From Octopus vulgaris (lineage: Eukaryota): DNA of 64,000 bases. Positions 40,185 through 52,473 of the stretch are shown one piece after another. The stretch is taken from positions 125,488,001 to 125,552,000 of the forward strand of contig OX597816.1 in the NCBI GenBank assembly GCA_951406725.2, given 5' to 3'. The notes under the pieces are model-generated. The model was not told where the DNA came from. It saw nothing but the letters and a program-made list of their open reading frames with translations, and made no database searches. Numbering within the stretch: position 1 is the first letter of the stretch; each line of letters begins with the position of its first letter. Position numbers and translations under genes: made by a program.

Positions 40185-40590
40185 GACACTCAGTCGGTTA
40201 CGACGAGGAAGGTTCCAGTTGAGCCAACCAACCGTTTTACTACACTTCTCTTTACTTCTAAATAAAATATACTATAATATTAGTTATATACTATAGGAGT
40301 AAGTCACTGGAAGCGAGACAATAGATATTCTATATGCCCGTGAACTTAACGTACAATTGGCTGGACACTCCACAAACATGTGTGTCCTTAAAGTAGTTCT
40401 TAAAGAGATTCAGCATGACACAGAATGTGACATGCCTTGCCCTTTGAAATATAGGTACTACTCATTTTTGCCTACTGAGATGACTAGAGCAAGAGAAAAT
40501 AAAGTGTCTTGCTCAAGAACACAACGAGTTGAGCTCACGACCTTACGAACGTTTGCCGAACGCTCTAAGCACTAAGCCACGCACCTTCAC
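40185..40590 (-). mobile_element. SINE family C copy, interrupted by a 109-bp insertion
   Basis: Minus-strand tRNA-like head (gtggcttagtgcttagagcg), then gttcttgagcaagacactttatttt as in the 63120 copy. Confidence 0.75.
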
Positions 40591-42229
40591 ATATTTCTAC
40601 CGATATACAGTCATTTAAAAAAAGTATATCCTTTCATATATATATGCGTGAGTGTGTGCGTGTGTGTGCGCGCGCATGTCTGTGTATCATATATATATAT
40701 TCTATAAAATTCTATATGGCTCTGTTAGGCTTCCATTTCATATTATTTTGAGATAGACATAGTTGCCTTTTACCCATCTGATATCGATATGACTTGTTCC
40801 CACTGTATTACCGATATCGGTAATACAGTGGGAACAAGTCAATCGACATTCGCTCCCCGACAAGATTTGGCATTTTGCCTTAGCAAAATAAGTTTATTAT
40901 TTTAACATTAAAAGATGTTTCTTTTTTATATAAGATCATTTGTTGCTTAGAATAATCGATACTGTTAACATACTAGCTCTAGTGTACGATCTACAGCATT
41001 TTACATTATATACAACCATCTAAATATAACCAATCACAATCTAAGATAGAAAAATGTCTTGCACTGAGTCAGACAAGTTTCATTCTATAAATACGCTTCT
41101 CAGTTTTTCTTACCTTGTTACCAACAATACAGTTTATGAAAATATATATCATCTGTTTATAGAGATGATCTATTTTATTGATTCACACACTGCCTAGATT
41201 ATCAATATAGATTATATTTCATAGAAAACACAAGTTTAGTAATTTTCCTTGTCTTTTGACCTAAAATATTTAAGTCAAACAAAAGGCAATAATATTTGTT
41301 GTCTTTTTGTGTATTCAATGATTGTTTGCAGTATAGTAATGTTGAAATATATTGTCGATCATAGATTTAAAATATGAAATGCTAAAATCCAATTTCTTAT
41401 ATAGTCTCTTGTCTTTATTTCTATGACAATTTCTCGGTTTAATTTCATAAGTGTCGATATGTTTCTTGCCAGCTGGGACCATGACGAAGTTTTATTTCGA
41501 GTTTTAACCGTTTTATTACACTTCTCTTTACTTCTAAATAAAATATACTATAACATTAGTTATATACTATAAGAGTAAGTTACTGGAAGCGAGACAATAG
41601 GTATTCCATATGCCTTTATAAAACTTTATATTGTTCCTTGTAAAAAAACACATTAATGATAGCATCATCTTAAACTTTGTATATAACATTTATTTAAAAA
41701 CTTTACAGATTATTTTAAAACAGAATAATGATTGGATCTGATATAATACTTTAATATCTACAGTGTTATAAATCTAAGATGAACATATACAGTTTAAGAT
41801 TTAATCTCTAGCATTTCTGTTCTGAAACCTTCTAAATAAACTAAAAGTTTATGCAAAATGTATACATTTTGATGTTTCAATGCGTGCGTGTAAAGATAAC
41901 AAAATAGTTAATTTATTGTGTATTTTCAGATGCAAAATAATTCCTAACATTCACATATCTTAATTCAAAAGATTTCTAAATATCCGTATATGATAAATAC
42001 ATATATTAGCCAATGCAAATGTACACACTTTGAACTAAATTGCGGATTCTATTTCTCACTTTTATATAACGAAATCTTTATACCTATGACATATACATAC
42101 ATGCACACATACATATACAGTGATCAGTAATGTACCACCTAGAATAAACTTGGGGGTACTGCAGAAGGACCTTAAAGGTCTATGAGCTAATTACTTATAG
42201 GAGTGCAGTCCTACACAAAAATTGGCAGA

Positions 42230-42480
42230 ACTAAAATTAGGTTTGTTGATGGTGTTCCCCTCGGAAAATCTACAAAGTATCGCCGGATGTACTTATATGA
42301 TGAACGGGGATTCAACAGGATTCAACGGTGCTTTTAGACGAGTGGTGGTCTGTGTTCCGGCAGAGGTAGGATGGTTGTATTTGTTTCAGCGTCTGGAAGT
42401 TTTTCTGAAAACTCACAAGTCTTTGGTGCTAGTGATGGATTGAAATTGTATTTGAAATGGATGATATAATTGTAGAGGAA
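42230..42480 (+). pseudogene. Tx1/L1-like APE endonuclease remnant
   Basis: GAFRRVVVCVPAEVG..LFQRLEVFLKTHKSLVLVMD*N resembles FRLV.VYAP..FF.RL..FL..LVLVGDWN. Confidence 0.5.
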
Positions 42481-42594
42481 ATGAAACATGAGTGATTCCC
42501 TGCTGTTAATTCCGTTCTCCAGCATTTCATGTTATTCCATATAAGGCTTCTCGTATTTTCTACTACTCCATATAAGTCTTTTCACATTTTCCAC

Positions 42595-42609
42595 TATTAT
42601 TATTATTAT

Positions 42610-42681
<72 letters not shown>

Positions 42682-42702
42682 CAGTAGTAGTAGTAGTAGT
42701 AG
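42595..42702. repeat. (TAT)n(TAG)n microsatellite
   Basis: Direct inspection. Confidence 0.95.
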
Positions 42703-42886
42703 TTACTTTGAATTTGGAAGTTTGTTACAATCAATTGCCGATTCACACCAGCGTCCTGGGGTGAGTGAATTATTATTACTATTATTATTCAGTAGTTTTA
42801 TTTTTATAGCGTGTTTTCACTTCACTACCGAGCGCAGCTCTGTGTGCCTTGGGTATGTGCTGTGATTTGTTGTGATGCTCTGATAG

Positions 42887-45800
42887 TTATTGTATGGAAA
42901 GTGTTCTGCGTAGGATGTGTGCAGTGCCTAGTAGTGCAATTTTCTGTATGTTATATGTGTTTGTAAGTCCTGGTGTTTTTGTTATGTATGTGTCTGAATA
43001 TTTTTTTATCATGCCTAATGCACCTACTATGATAGGAATTGTTTCTGTTTTTAGATTCCACATTTTGGTTACCTCTATTTCCAGGTCTTTGTATTTTGAA
43101 AGTTTCTCCATTTCTTTTAGAGACACGTTGTCATCTGCCGGTATTGATACATCAATTAGAAAGCATTTTTTTTCTTCATGATATCTGACAATTATATCTG
43201 GTCTGTTGGCCTTAATTTCTCTATCTGTGTGTATCGGCATATCCCAGAGTATGGTTGCTTTCTCGTTTTCTGTGACCTTCTCTAGTGTGTGCCTATACTA
43301 TCCATAATGTTGGCATAGCTTCCAGTGTATGTAGGTTCCAACTCTGTCATGTCTGTGAATATATTCCTTCTTAGCCAGGTCTGAGCAGCCAGAGATAATA
43401 TGATTTATTGTTTCTTGTCCATTTCCACATATTCTGCAGTTACTTGTTATATTTCTTTTCATTACATGTTTTTGGTAATTTCTGGTGGTTGGCTTTGGTC
43501 TTGTGCTGCAATTAAAAATCCCTCTGTCTCTGCTTTGAGTCTTGAGCTTCTCAACCATTGCTGGGATTTGTCTTTGTCTATTTCTTTTGCATTTAGTTTA
43601 GTCCAGTATTTACCATCAAGAGGCTTTTCTTGCCATCGTTTTATCATGGTTCGCTGCTGTTCTATTTTTAGTTTGGATTTCATTTGTTTTATAGCTTTTG
43701 TTGTTTCTTCTTCTTCTTCTTCTTCTTCTTCTTCTTCTTCTTCTTCTTCTTCTTCTTCTTCTTCTTCTTCTTCTTCTTCTTCTTCTTCTTCTTCTTCTTC
43801 TTCTTCTTCTTCATATTTGTTAGGTGGTATGATTTCTTGTTTGTATTTGTCAGCTTCCTTAGATACTAAGAACATTTTTTGTTTTGCTCGTGTTTTGCCG
43901 CTATTTGTATCAGTTTTCCTTCCTTCTGAAGTAGATATTTTTGCAGTCCTATGGTGGCTATTTTATAGTAGTTTTCCAGCTGTATAAGGCCTCTACCACC
44001 ATCTATACGTTGTATATATAGTCTTTCTATGTCAGATTTTGGGTGATGCATCCTAGATCCTGTCATTATTTTTCTTGTTTTCCTATCTATTTTGGTCAGT
44101 TCATTTAGTGTCCAGTTAAGGATATTGTAGCTGTAACTTATAACTGGGACAGCTAAATTGTTGATACCTATTATCTTGTTTTTAGCATTGAGCTCTGTTT
44201 TTATTATTGATCTAACTCGTCTATAATATTCTTTTTTTTATTTTCCCTTTCATTTGTGTGTGTTGTGTCTTATCTAGTTCATGGATTCCTAAGTATTTCT
44301 AAGTTTGGCTTTGGTCTAATTCTTTTATTTCATTGGTTTTTATCTAGTGTGATGTTGTTACTCTTAACTAGTTTTCCTCTTTTCATGGTTACTTTGGCGC
44401 ATTTTTCTAATCCAAATTTAATTTCTATTTCTTTGGTAAATCCATGAACTGTCTTTAATAGTGTTTCCAGCTGTTTGTCATTTGCAGCGTATAGTTTTAG
44501 GTCATCCATATATAAAAGGTGGCTGATCGTTTTGCCGTAACATTTATATCCGCATCCAGTTCTATTTAGCATATCAGGTGACAGTGCCAAGCAGAAAAGG
44601 AGTGGAGAGAGCGTGTCTCCCTGGAATATTCCTCTTCTAATGGGGATGGCTTTGGTTTTCATGAGTCCCCCTTTTGTTTGGAGCTGTAGCACTGTTTGCC
44701 ATTTATTCGTAAAGTGTCCTATGAATTTTATAATTGTTGGTGCTACTTTGTTAATGGCTAGTGTTTCGAGGATCCATGTGTGGGGGATGCTATCAAACGC
44801 CTTTTTGTAGTCGATCCAGGCCATACTGAGGTCTTTCTTCTTTCTGTGGCTGTCTTCAGTTATGGCTTTATTAATCATTAGTTGATCTTTACAGCCATAT
44901 GAGCCTTTGCGGCATCCTTTCTGCTCTTCTGGAAACAGGTTGTTTTCGTCCAGGTGCTTGTTCAACCTTTGCGATATCACTGCAGTAAATGCCTTTTACA
45001 CTGTAGGGAGACAGGTTATTGGTCTGTAGTTTTCTGGTTTTGCTGTCTCATTTGATTTGGGAATTAAGATGGTTTTCCCCTTCGTGAGCCATTCAGGCAT
45101 TGTCTCTGGCTCTGCTAGTATGTTGTTAACGTTTTCAGCCAGCTTTTTGTGCATTCCTATTAGATATTTCAACCAGAAGTTGGGGATCTTGTCATGCCCA
45201 GGTGCCTACCAGTTGCTTAGACTTTGTAGTGCCTGGGTGACCTCTTCAGTTTGTTATGGGGGGGGGTCCAAAGTTGCTCAGATGCTGAATTTGTTGTTTT
45301 AATACTCCTTCTTTTTGTTGTTCGTTCGCCGACCATATTTCTCTTCAGAATTCTTCCACTTCTTCTGCCGTTGGTGCTGCAGTGATTTCTATTTTATTAT
45401 TGCCAAGTTCTTGGTAGAACTTTTTGGGGTTGGAGTTGAACTTTTTTGTTTTGTTCAAAGAAGCGCTGGCGTTTCTCGTACCGGCGGATCCTTTGTGCTT
45501 TGGCAAGGATATCTTGCTTTAGCTTTTCTTTTATCTCAGGTAAATATTTTTCTGTGGTGTTGTATTTGCGGAGTATTTTTGTTTTCTTTTTGTTGCTCAG
45601 TAGCGTTGATTGTCTACTGATTTCATTAAAAATCGACAGATCTTTTCTCATGTTTTGTATTTTGTTTTGGATGTTATTTATCCATAGGGTTTGTTTGGGT
45701 GGTGGTACTCCTGTTTGGATGGGTTTGAGTGAGTATCCAGCTTCTTTTGTGGCCGCTGCGTATACTAAGTCATTTAGCTCAGTGATATCGCTTTTTGTTT

Positions 45801-46735
45801 CAGTGGCTATTAGTTCCGTGACGGCTAGGTTTATGCTGTTTATAATTGGTATTGTTGTTTCGTCTATTTTGATATTTGGTCGATGGTCCATCTTGTGATC
45901 TGTGTTTTTCAGTTCTTTTTATAGTATCATAATCATTAGGCTCCCCTTCGTTGTTTCCAGGTTTTAGATTTGTGTCGCTTTTTTCCACGTCGTATGTTTG
46001 TCTGTTGTGTTTTGGCCTGCTGTTTGATGTGTATTATTATGCATCCTTACGGTCTGGGTTTGTTGTTTTTTGTTTACATCGTGTTTGTTGGGAATGTTAC
46101 GTTTGTCTTCGTGTTTCACTGTTTCAGTGTTTATATTATTGGGCATTGTTGTGTGGCTTCTATCTACATTTTCCTGATGTATTTTTTTCTTTTAGATGTT
46201 CTATTTCTATTTCTGATATTTTTTTTGCGTTGAGAATGTATCTTCGTACGTTAGCTAGTTTATTAGGGTTCATTGCTGTATCCAAGTCTATATTTATGTT
46301 ATTTTCCTTCCATATTTTATATGTATGTGTTGTTGTGTTTTCATTTTTTGGGTAGAGCACTGCTGTGAAGTAAGCGTGTAGGATAGAAATGTATTCCTCA
46401 CGTGTCCATTTATGTCTTTTGGGTTTTATTTGCGGGACATGAGGAACAACGTCCGGCCCATTATTTTGACGGTCGTCATTTTCGTAGGGTACCGGTCCGT
46501 TCATTTCTGTTGTCACATTGTTTTGCACGTGTAGTTTTTCGTACATTTTGTGTTGTAAGTTTAAAGTACGTACTTCCCGATTGTTATTCTTGGGTTGAAT
46601 AATATCGGTGTTATTTAATTTCTTCGTAGTTTTATTGTACATGGTGTTTGGGGTCGGGGATGATCTGGTGTTGATGGATCGTAATGTACCACGCATGTTT
46701 AGAGGTGGAGATGGTATCGAGTCAAAATACATCAT
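42887..46735 (-). pseudogene. Frameshifted R4/Dong ORF: N-terminal domain, RT, CCHC knuckle, RLE
   Basis: KRHKWTREEY; EQKGCRKGSYGCKDQL, WIDYKKAFDS, GIFQGDTLSPLLF, YMDDLKLY; CRICGNGQETINHIISGC; RHD; NRPDIIV..LIDVSIPAD..KLSKY. Confidence 0.92.
43705..43812. repeat. (TTC)~36 trinucleotide repeat (poly-Glu on the element's coding strand)
   Basis: Pure tract inside ORF segment 43462-43875. Confidence 0.95.
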
Positions 46736-46905
46736 TTCGTTTCGAAAATAGTAATAAATTTCAATGAGTATTACTTACTCGGATACAGTCCAATCCTTTG
46801 TCAGTTAATTTTTAGCTCCATACGATGTCTTTGTTTTCGATGTTTGTGGATAGATTTCGGAGCGCTGTTTTATCGTTCTTACATCATAAACGTCCCCGGT
46901 GTATC

Positions 46906-46972
<67 letters not shown>

Positions 46973-46976
<4 letters not shown>

Positions 46977-47130
46977 CAGTGGGCTGACAGAATCTTTAGC
47001 ACACTGGTCACAAGGCTTAGTGGCATTTCCTCCTACTTTACGTTATGAGATAAAATTCCGCTGAGATTGATTATGTCGAATTAACACCTTCCCCATACAA
47101 ATTTCAGGTCTTTTGCCTGTTGAAGAAAGT
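46973..47130 (+). mobile_element. Degenerate SINE family A copy
   Basis: gctgacagaatctttagcacac...gcttagtggcatttc...aaattccgctgag. Confidence 0.65.
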
Positions 47131-47279
47131 ATTATTTTACTTGCGTTGCTGCTTAATCTTGCTTATTCCCGAAACGTCGAAGTCAGAATATTCTAAGTAC
47201 AACTGTGACAAGCTAAAATGTTTACCATTAGAATATTTCTTTTTTTTTTATTTTTGATAGAGATATTAATCTAATACAG

Positions 47280-48700
47280 TCCTAATATTCCGGCTTTTCT
47301 TTCATTTGTGTACTGTAAGCTATCTAGTTCAGTGATTCCTAAGTATTTGTACATCCATTTGCTCTAATTCGTTCAGTTTCTTTAATATGATAGTAACGTT
47401 TTTATTTTATTTCACCTTTCGTTAATGATGTTTTTACACATTTTTTAAAGCCAAACACATTTTTATTTCTTTGATAAATCTATGTACATTCTACAGTACG
47501 TTTTTCTTATTATTTATCATTTGCATCATACATCTTGATGTTGTTTATATAAAAAAGATGGCTGATTGTCACAATGTAGCGTTTGTGTTCAGTGTCAGTT
47601 CAATTTATGATGTTGGTTAAAGGCATCATTGGCAGAAGGTAAAAAAGTTGGGCGAAAGATTGTCTTTCGAACATTCCTTTTCTAATGGAGATGGGTTTGC
47701 TTACAAAATTTGATGCTTCTTCTGCGACTGTAAAAATATTTGATACATTTTCTCATGACAAGCTTTATGCATTTTATTGATGATACCTTTATCCGAAACA
47801 GTTTGTCATGAATCTACAAGTGAGGATTTCTATCTAAAGCTTTCAGGTTGTCAATCCACACCACACACTTGACTCTTCTTTTATCTCCGGCTGTCCTCGA
47901 TTATAGCTTTGTTGATCGGTAATTGATCTTTGTAGTTATATGAGTGCCTTAGCAAAAGCCTCTTTTCTTCTGAAAATATGCTGTCTCTGTAACTGATTAT
48001 TCCTTTTGAACGATATTATTGCAGTTAAAAGTATGTAAACCGTAATAAGACGAGTTACGTTTCTATAATTTCGAGGGCAGGTAATTTCAGGAGATGGCTC
48101 TTTTCCCTACTGTAAACCAGTCTTGAATGATATTTCTGGTGTCGGTAGCATCTCATTACAATTCCCATTACAATTTATCGTGATAAAATATTCTAACTCG
48201 AATTTAATAATCTTATCCGAAGAGTTGCATTTTTTCTTTTCGCAACATCTTTGTTAGTATTTCTTTTGCTATGGATACCACCGTGTCTTCCGTGTCTTCA
48301 GAAGTTGCGTCCTTTTAACCAATCTTTCTTGGGATGATTCATTTGCACCACATACTCCTCCTCTATATTCTCCTATATCTTACACTATTGATGCTACTTT
48401 TGACTTTTATTCTATTTTTACCGAAGTCTTGATAAATTTCTTTTTTGTTATTGTTATATTTCTGTCGTGTATGTCTTTCTTTCCTTTTATTCATTTATAT
48501 TTTGGTTTGATTTCATTAACCATTCAGAAACTGTTACTCTCATCTTCTATGTGTTTGTGATTATTTGTTTTCCATGTTGTTTCTTTAAGTTTTGATACTC
48601 GTATTTGAATGATTTCAAGCGAACACCCATCTTCATTTGTAAATGCAGTGGCTGCTGCTCATAGTACTTCGTTTAGTTTGGTAACAGTGATGTTTGAATA
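47280..48700 (-). mobile_element. Old decayed R4/Dong-like RT fragment
   Basis: Minus-strand TISHLFYINNIKMY (cf. TISHLLYMDDLKLY), YKYLGI and YKDQLPINKAI are collinear with the 44-45 kb RT. Confidence 0.75.
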
Positions 48701-48819
48701 CGTATATTTAAGAGACTGCGAAGTTTGTGTTTTTTTTTGTTTTGTTTTTTGCTTAGGGAAAAGCTTTCGGTCACCCATGGGAAGATGTATTCATTATTAT
48801 AATTCATTATTTGTACGAA

Positions 48820-49245
48820 CGTGGTTTTGTGTTAAAAAGTTTGCTTTCCAACGACGTGGTTTCAGGCCCGTGACACCTAGAGCAGGTGTCTTCTGCTAGA
48901 GCATTGGATCTTGTGAGTGGATTAGGTAGATGGAAACTGAAGAAAACTCGGTGTGTGTGTATGTGTGTGCGTGTTTGTGCGTGTGAGTGCGTATGCGTGT
49001 GTGTGCGTATGTGTGCGTGTATGTGAGTGTGTGTGCGCGCGTGTGTCTGTGTGTGTGTCCTTGTGTTTATGTTTGTCATCCAACAACCGCTTGACAACCC
49101 GTAACTTAGGAGTTCAGCAAAAAGACTGATAGAATAAGTGCCAGGCTTAAAATAGATAAATACTGAAGCCGACTCATTCGACTAACAGTTCTTCAAAACA
49201 GTACTCCAGCATGGCTGCAGTTTAATGACTGAAACAAGTAAAAGT
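48820..49245 (+). mobile_element. SINE family B (diverged, internal (TG)n)
   Basis: cttgtgagtggattaggtagatggaaactgaag...ccgcttgacaacc...ctccagcatggctgcagtttaatgactgaaacaagtaaaag. Confidence 0.8.
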
Positions 49246-49940
49246 GTGTACCAGCTGAGCACTGGGGTCAATCGACTCATCCACTCCCCGAAGTTTCTAG
49301 CCTTGTGCCAAACTTGGAAACTATTAGTCTTTTTGTTTTCAGACTCATAAGTTAGCAAGTTTAGAGATAAATCTATATAGGGCTATTTTCCCCTATTCTG
49401 GGTAGAGTGTCTCCGTAATATACTCATATACAAAAAAGAAAATACTCTCTCGTCTCCATTTATGCACTTTCTAGGTTTTATTTTGCTACAGTTGAAGAGT
49501 AAATTACGACTTTATATTTAGAGTGTCATCGTTTTCATTGTGTGTCGATTTGACTGCTTCTATCATATTTTCCTTTAGGTGACATGTTTTTTCGTTTTCT
49601 TTCGTACTCTTTGTGTGACAGATTTAAAGTATCTTGTGGGGAATTATACGGTATATTTTATTTGAATTATTTGTCATTATTTAGTGGTAAACTGTGAAAG
49701 CATGTTATCTAATCATTCGTTGAAACAGTGAATTCTAACAGGAATGAGTTCCAACCACATCAATAGTTATGGGTTTTTTTTTTCATACAACGTTTCTGTT
49801 GAAATATTGGGAAATCTACACCCTGTCGGAGTATGACATCAATGGTCTTCCACGTTTCTTTCACAGTGAGCCATTTCAAGACAAACAAGGTGATCTAATA
49901 CACAGTATGCGAAAGAAGAACTAAACGATAAAATAAAATT

Positions 49941-50338
49941 AGTGGCTGTGTGGTAAGTAGCTTGCTTACCAACCACATGGTTCCGGGTTCAGTCCCACTG
50001 CGTGGCACCTTGTGCAAGTGTCTTCTTCTATAGCCTCGGGCCGACCAAAGCCTTGTGAGTGGATTTAGTGGACGGAAACTGAAAGACGCCTGTCGTATAT
50101 ATGCATATATATGTGTATGTGTGTGTATATATTGTGTATCCAATATCGCTTGACAACCGATGCTGGTGTGTTTAGGTCCCATAACTTAGCGGTTCAACAA
50201 AAGAGACCGATAGAATAGGTACTAGGCTTGCAAAGAACAAGTCCTGGGGTAGATTTGATTCGATTAAAAAGGCGGTGCTCCAGCATGCCCGCAGTCAAAT
50301 GACTGAATCAAATAAAAGAGTAAAAGAAGTAAAAGAGT
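49941..50338 (+). mobile_element. SINE family B, near full length (tRNA head plus CORE-like segment)
   Basis: A box gtggctgtgtggtaag, B box gggttcagtccc, caccttgtgcaagtgtcttc, 3' (gtaaaaga) repeats. Confidence 0.9.
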
Positions 50339-50965
50339 ATTAAGCAAGTAAAATTAATAATTCTAAAATATGAGTAAAACACTTTCATCTCCGGCCAGGT
50401 CCTCATCAATTTCTCATGTTTCTCTTGAAGAGAAAAGAGATTAACTCCCCCATTTGAGTATGTGAATTTTACTTTCCCTTTGTGTTGTAATGGTGACAAT
50501 TGAAACGAAATAGTATTACTGTTAAACTTCATTCGAAGGCAATTCCTCTGATACCATTTTCAGAAGTCACGTTCAGTTCTGAAATGCAGTAATTGTGATG
50601 AACACGGTAGTTTTAGAACACATCGGTCCGTTTGTTTGAAACTATTCACTTTAAATTCGTTAGAAAATTATATTCTACTTGATCTGAGCACATTTTTTAA
50701 ATTGTCTTCCCAGTTTAATGTATAACGGATATGTGTTAAGATAAAATAAACATATCTAATATTATATTTGACTACGTCTAGGCTCGCAGCAGCGGACTCC
50801 AAACAATATTTCTTTTGCATTAGGCCTACCCATTTATTGAGTATACTTATAATGCAAACATTGAAGTAAAGTTATATTCTTTAGAAATCTCCATCTGATT
50901 CAACTCTATAATGATAACTTGAAGAAAGAACGCAACACAAATATGTCATTTACAATCGCTGAATA

Positions 50966-52473
50966 CACTGAACTGCAAAAGGAACGCCAGACATGTGTGA
51001 TTGTGAAATATGTTTTAATTTCATTATGTTTGAGATAAATTTTGATAAATTTGATAAAGTCAATATTTTCGATGCACTTTGACCACTGTCTATGGGTCGT
51101 AGTCATGTGTTCTGGTAGTGGACGGGTCCAGCACATTAAGATCGTAAGGCGTGACATGTTCAATAGCATGTATGCCCTCCCTGGGTGTTCAAAGCGGCCA
51201 TAAATCGTCGGTACATGGAGTGAATAAGGCGGTTCACAAAAGGCATTGGCATCTGTGCCTACACTCGGAGGAAAGCTATCTCCAGGTCCACACGAGTTGT
51301 CGGTCTGGTTCAGTCGTCTCTGGATTTCATCCCACAGGTGTCCGATTGGGCTCGAATCCGGACTGAGAGCCGGCCACGGCATGGTTCTGATGTTGTACTG
51401 GCGCAGGAAGTCCATGGTGATCCTGGCCGTGTGAGAGGGAGCATTATCCTGCTAGAACACGTGACTATGGTGACACGTGAAGAAGGGCACGATGTACGTT
51501 CTTAGGATTTGGTCAACGTAGAGCTGCGCTGTGATGCCATTCCCTCTGCCTGCAACAACATTTTGGAACATATGGACCCCAACACTCTGCTTCAGGCCTA
51601 TAGCACCCCAAACCATGATGCTTTGGCCACCCAACGCGTCTCTCTCCATGACACATGCGTCTCTGTAACGTTCACCTCTCCTACGCCACACCCTCACTCT
51701 GCCATCCGAGGTGGAAACGCAGCACCGGCCCTCGTCAGAGAAGACAATCGACCTCCATTATTGATGCCGCCAATATTGGTGCTGTGTAGCCCACTGTAGT
51801 CGTACTTGACGGTGGCGGGCGGTGAGGACAGGCCCTCGAGCAGGACGACGGCAGCGCAGGTTTTGGCGGCCAGTCAACATCATACCGTGTCGTCGTTGAT
51901 GGGTCGCTGTCCAGTACCAATGGTTTCGCGAGCTGTCACGGTTTGAAGTGATCACGGAAGTGTTGCCGGTAGATGAAGCCATCCTACCTGGGCGTGGTCA
52001 CCCGGGGGTGCCTTCTGCAGCCATGGTCTGCAGTGCTGTTGGTGTTGTATCGCTCTTGCAGGTGATAGATTGTGGTGACATGGACATTGTAAGCTTTCGC
52101 AACAACGACGCACGCCACCTTGCTTGCAATCGGCCGATAGTTTGTTCACTCTGCGCTGCTGACAATCGGGTCATACCTTCTTCGTCCAAATTACAAATGC
52201 GGTTCAAGTTGACTTTTATACCCATGCCCTGCACGAGATGTACATGCATTTCAGTTTCATGACAATTGTTTTCGACTGCTAACCATGGCATTCAACGCAC
52301 CTGCGTTTTGGCGTCTCGTTTCAGGGAAAGTTGAAAGGTTACCTGCAATTTGGGTCTCAGCCATAAACCAGCATATCTTGGAATATTTACACTTACATTC
52401 TCGAAATAAATTTTCAGAATTCACCACATAAAAATGACATTTGAAAAAATCGAGTTTCTTTTGCGGTTCAGAG
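50966..52473 (-). mobile_element. Tc1-family DNA transposon (1.5 kb) with 22-bp imperfect TIRs and TA TSD
   Basis: Left TA|cactgaactgcaaaaggaacgc vs right (reverse complement) TA|ctctgaaccgcaaaagaaactc, 18/22 identical. Confidence 0.9.
51160..52174 (-). pseudogene. Disrupted Tc1 DD34E transposase
   Basis: MTRLSAAQSEQTIGRLQA; VFSDE..DGRVRVWRRRGERY; IMVWGAI; F*QDNAPSH; WPALSPDSSPIGHLW (34 residues after the second D, catalytic E replaced by G); frameshifts and a stop. Confidence 0.9.

Larger units (their letters stand above)
42790..46905 (-). mobile_element. Near full-length (~4.1 kb) R4/Dong-clade RLE non-LTR retrotransposon inserted in (TAA)n
   Basis: Complete domain order in one disrupted ORF; TAA tracts at 42769-42789 and 46906-46973; AATAAA near the 3' end. 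Confidence 0.9.

Noticed and set aside
46845-46912. Possible type III hammerhead at the Dong 5' junction (ataga-TA...GAAAtctat on the minus strand)
   Set aside because: Core reads ATGATGT rather than CTGATGA and stem I does not form; no HDV-like fold found either
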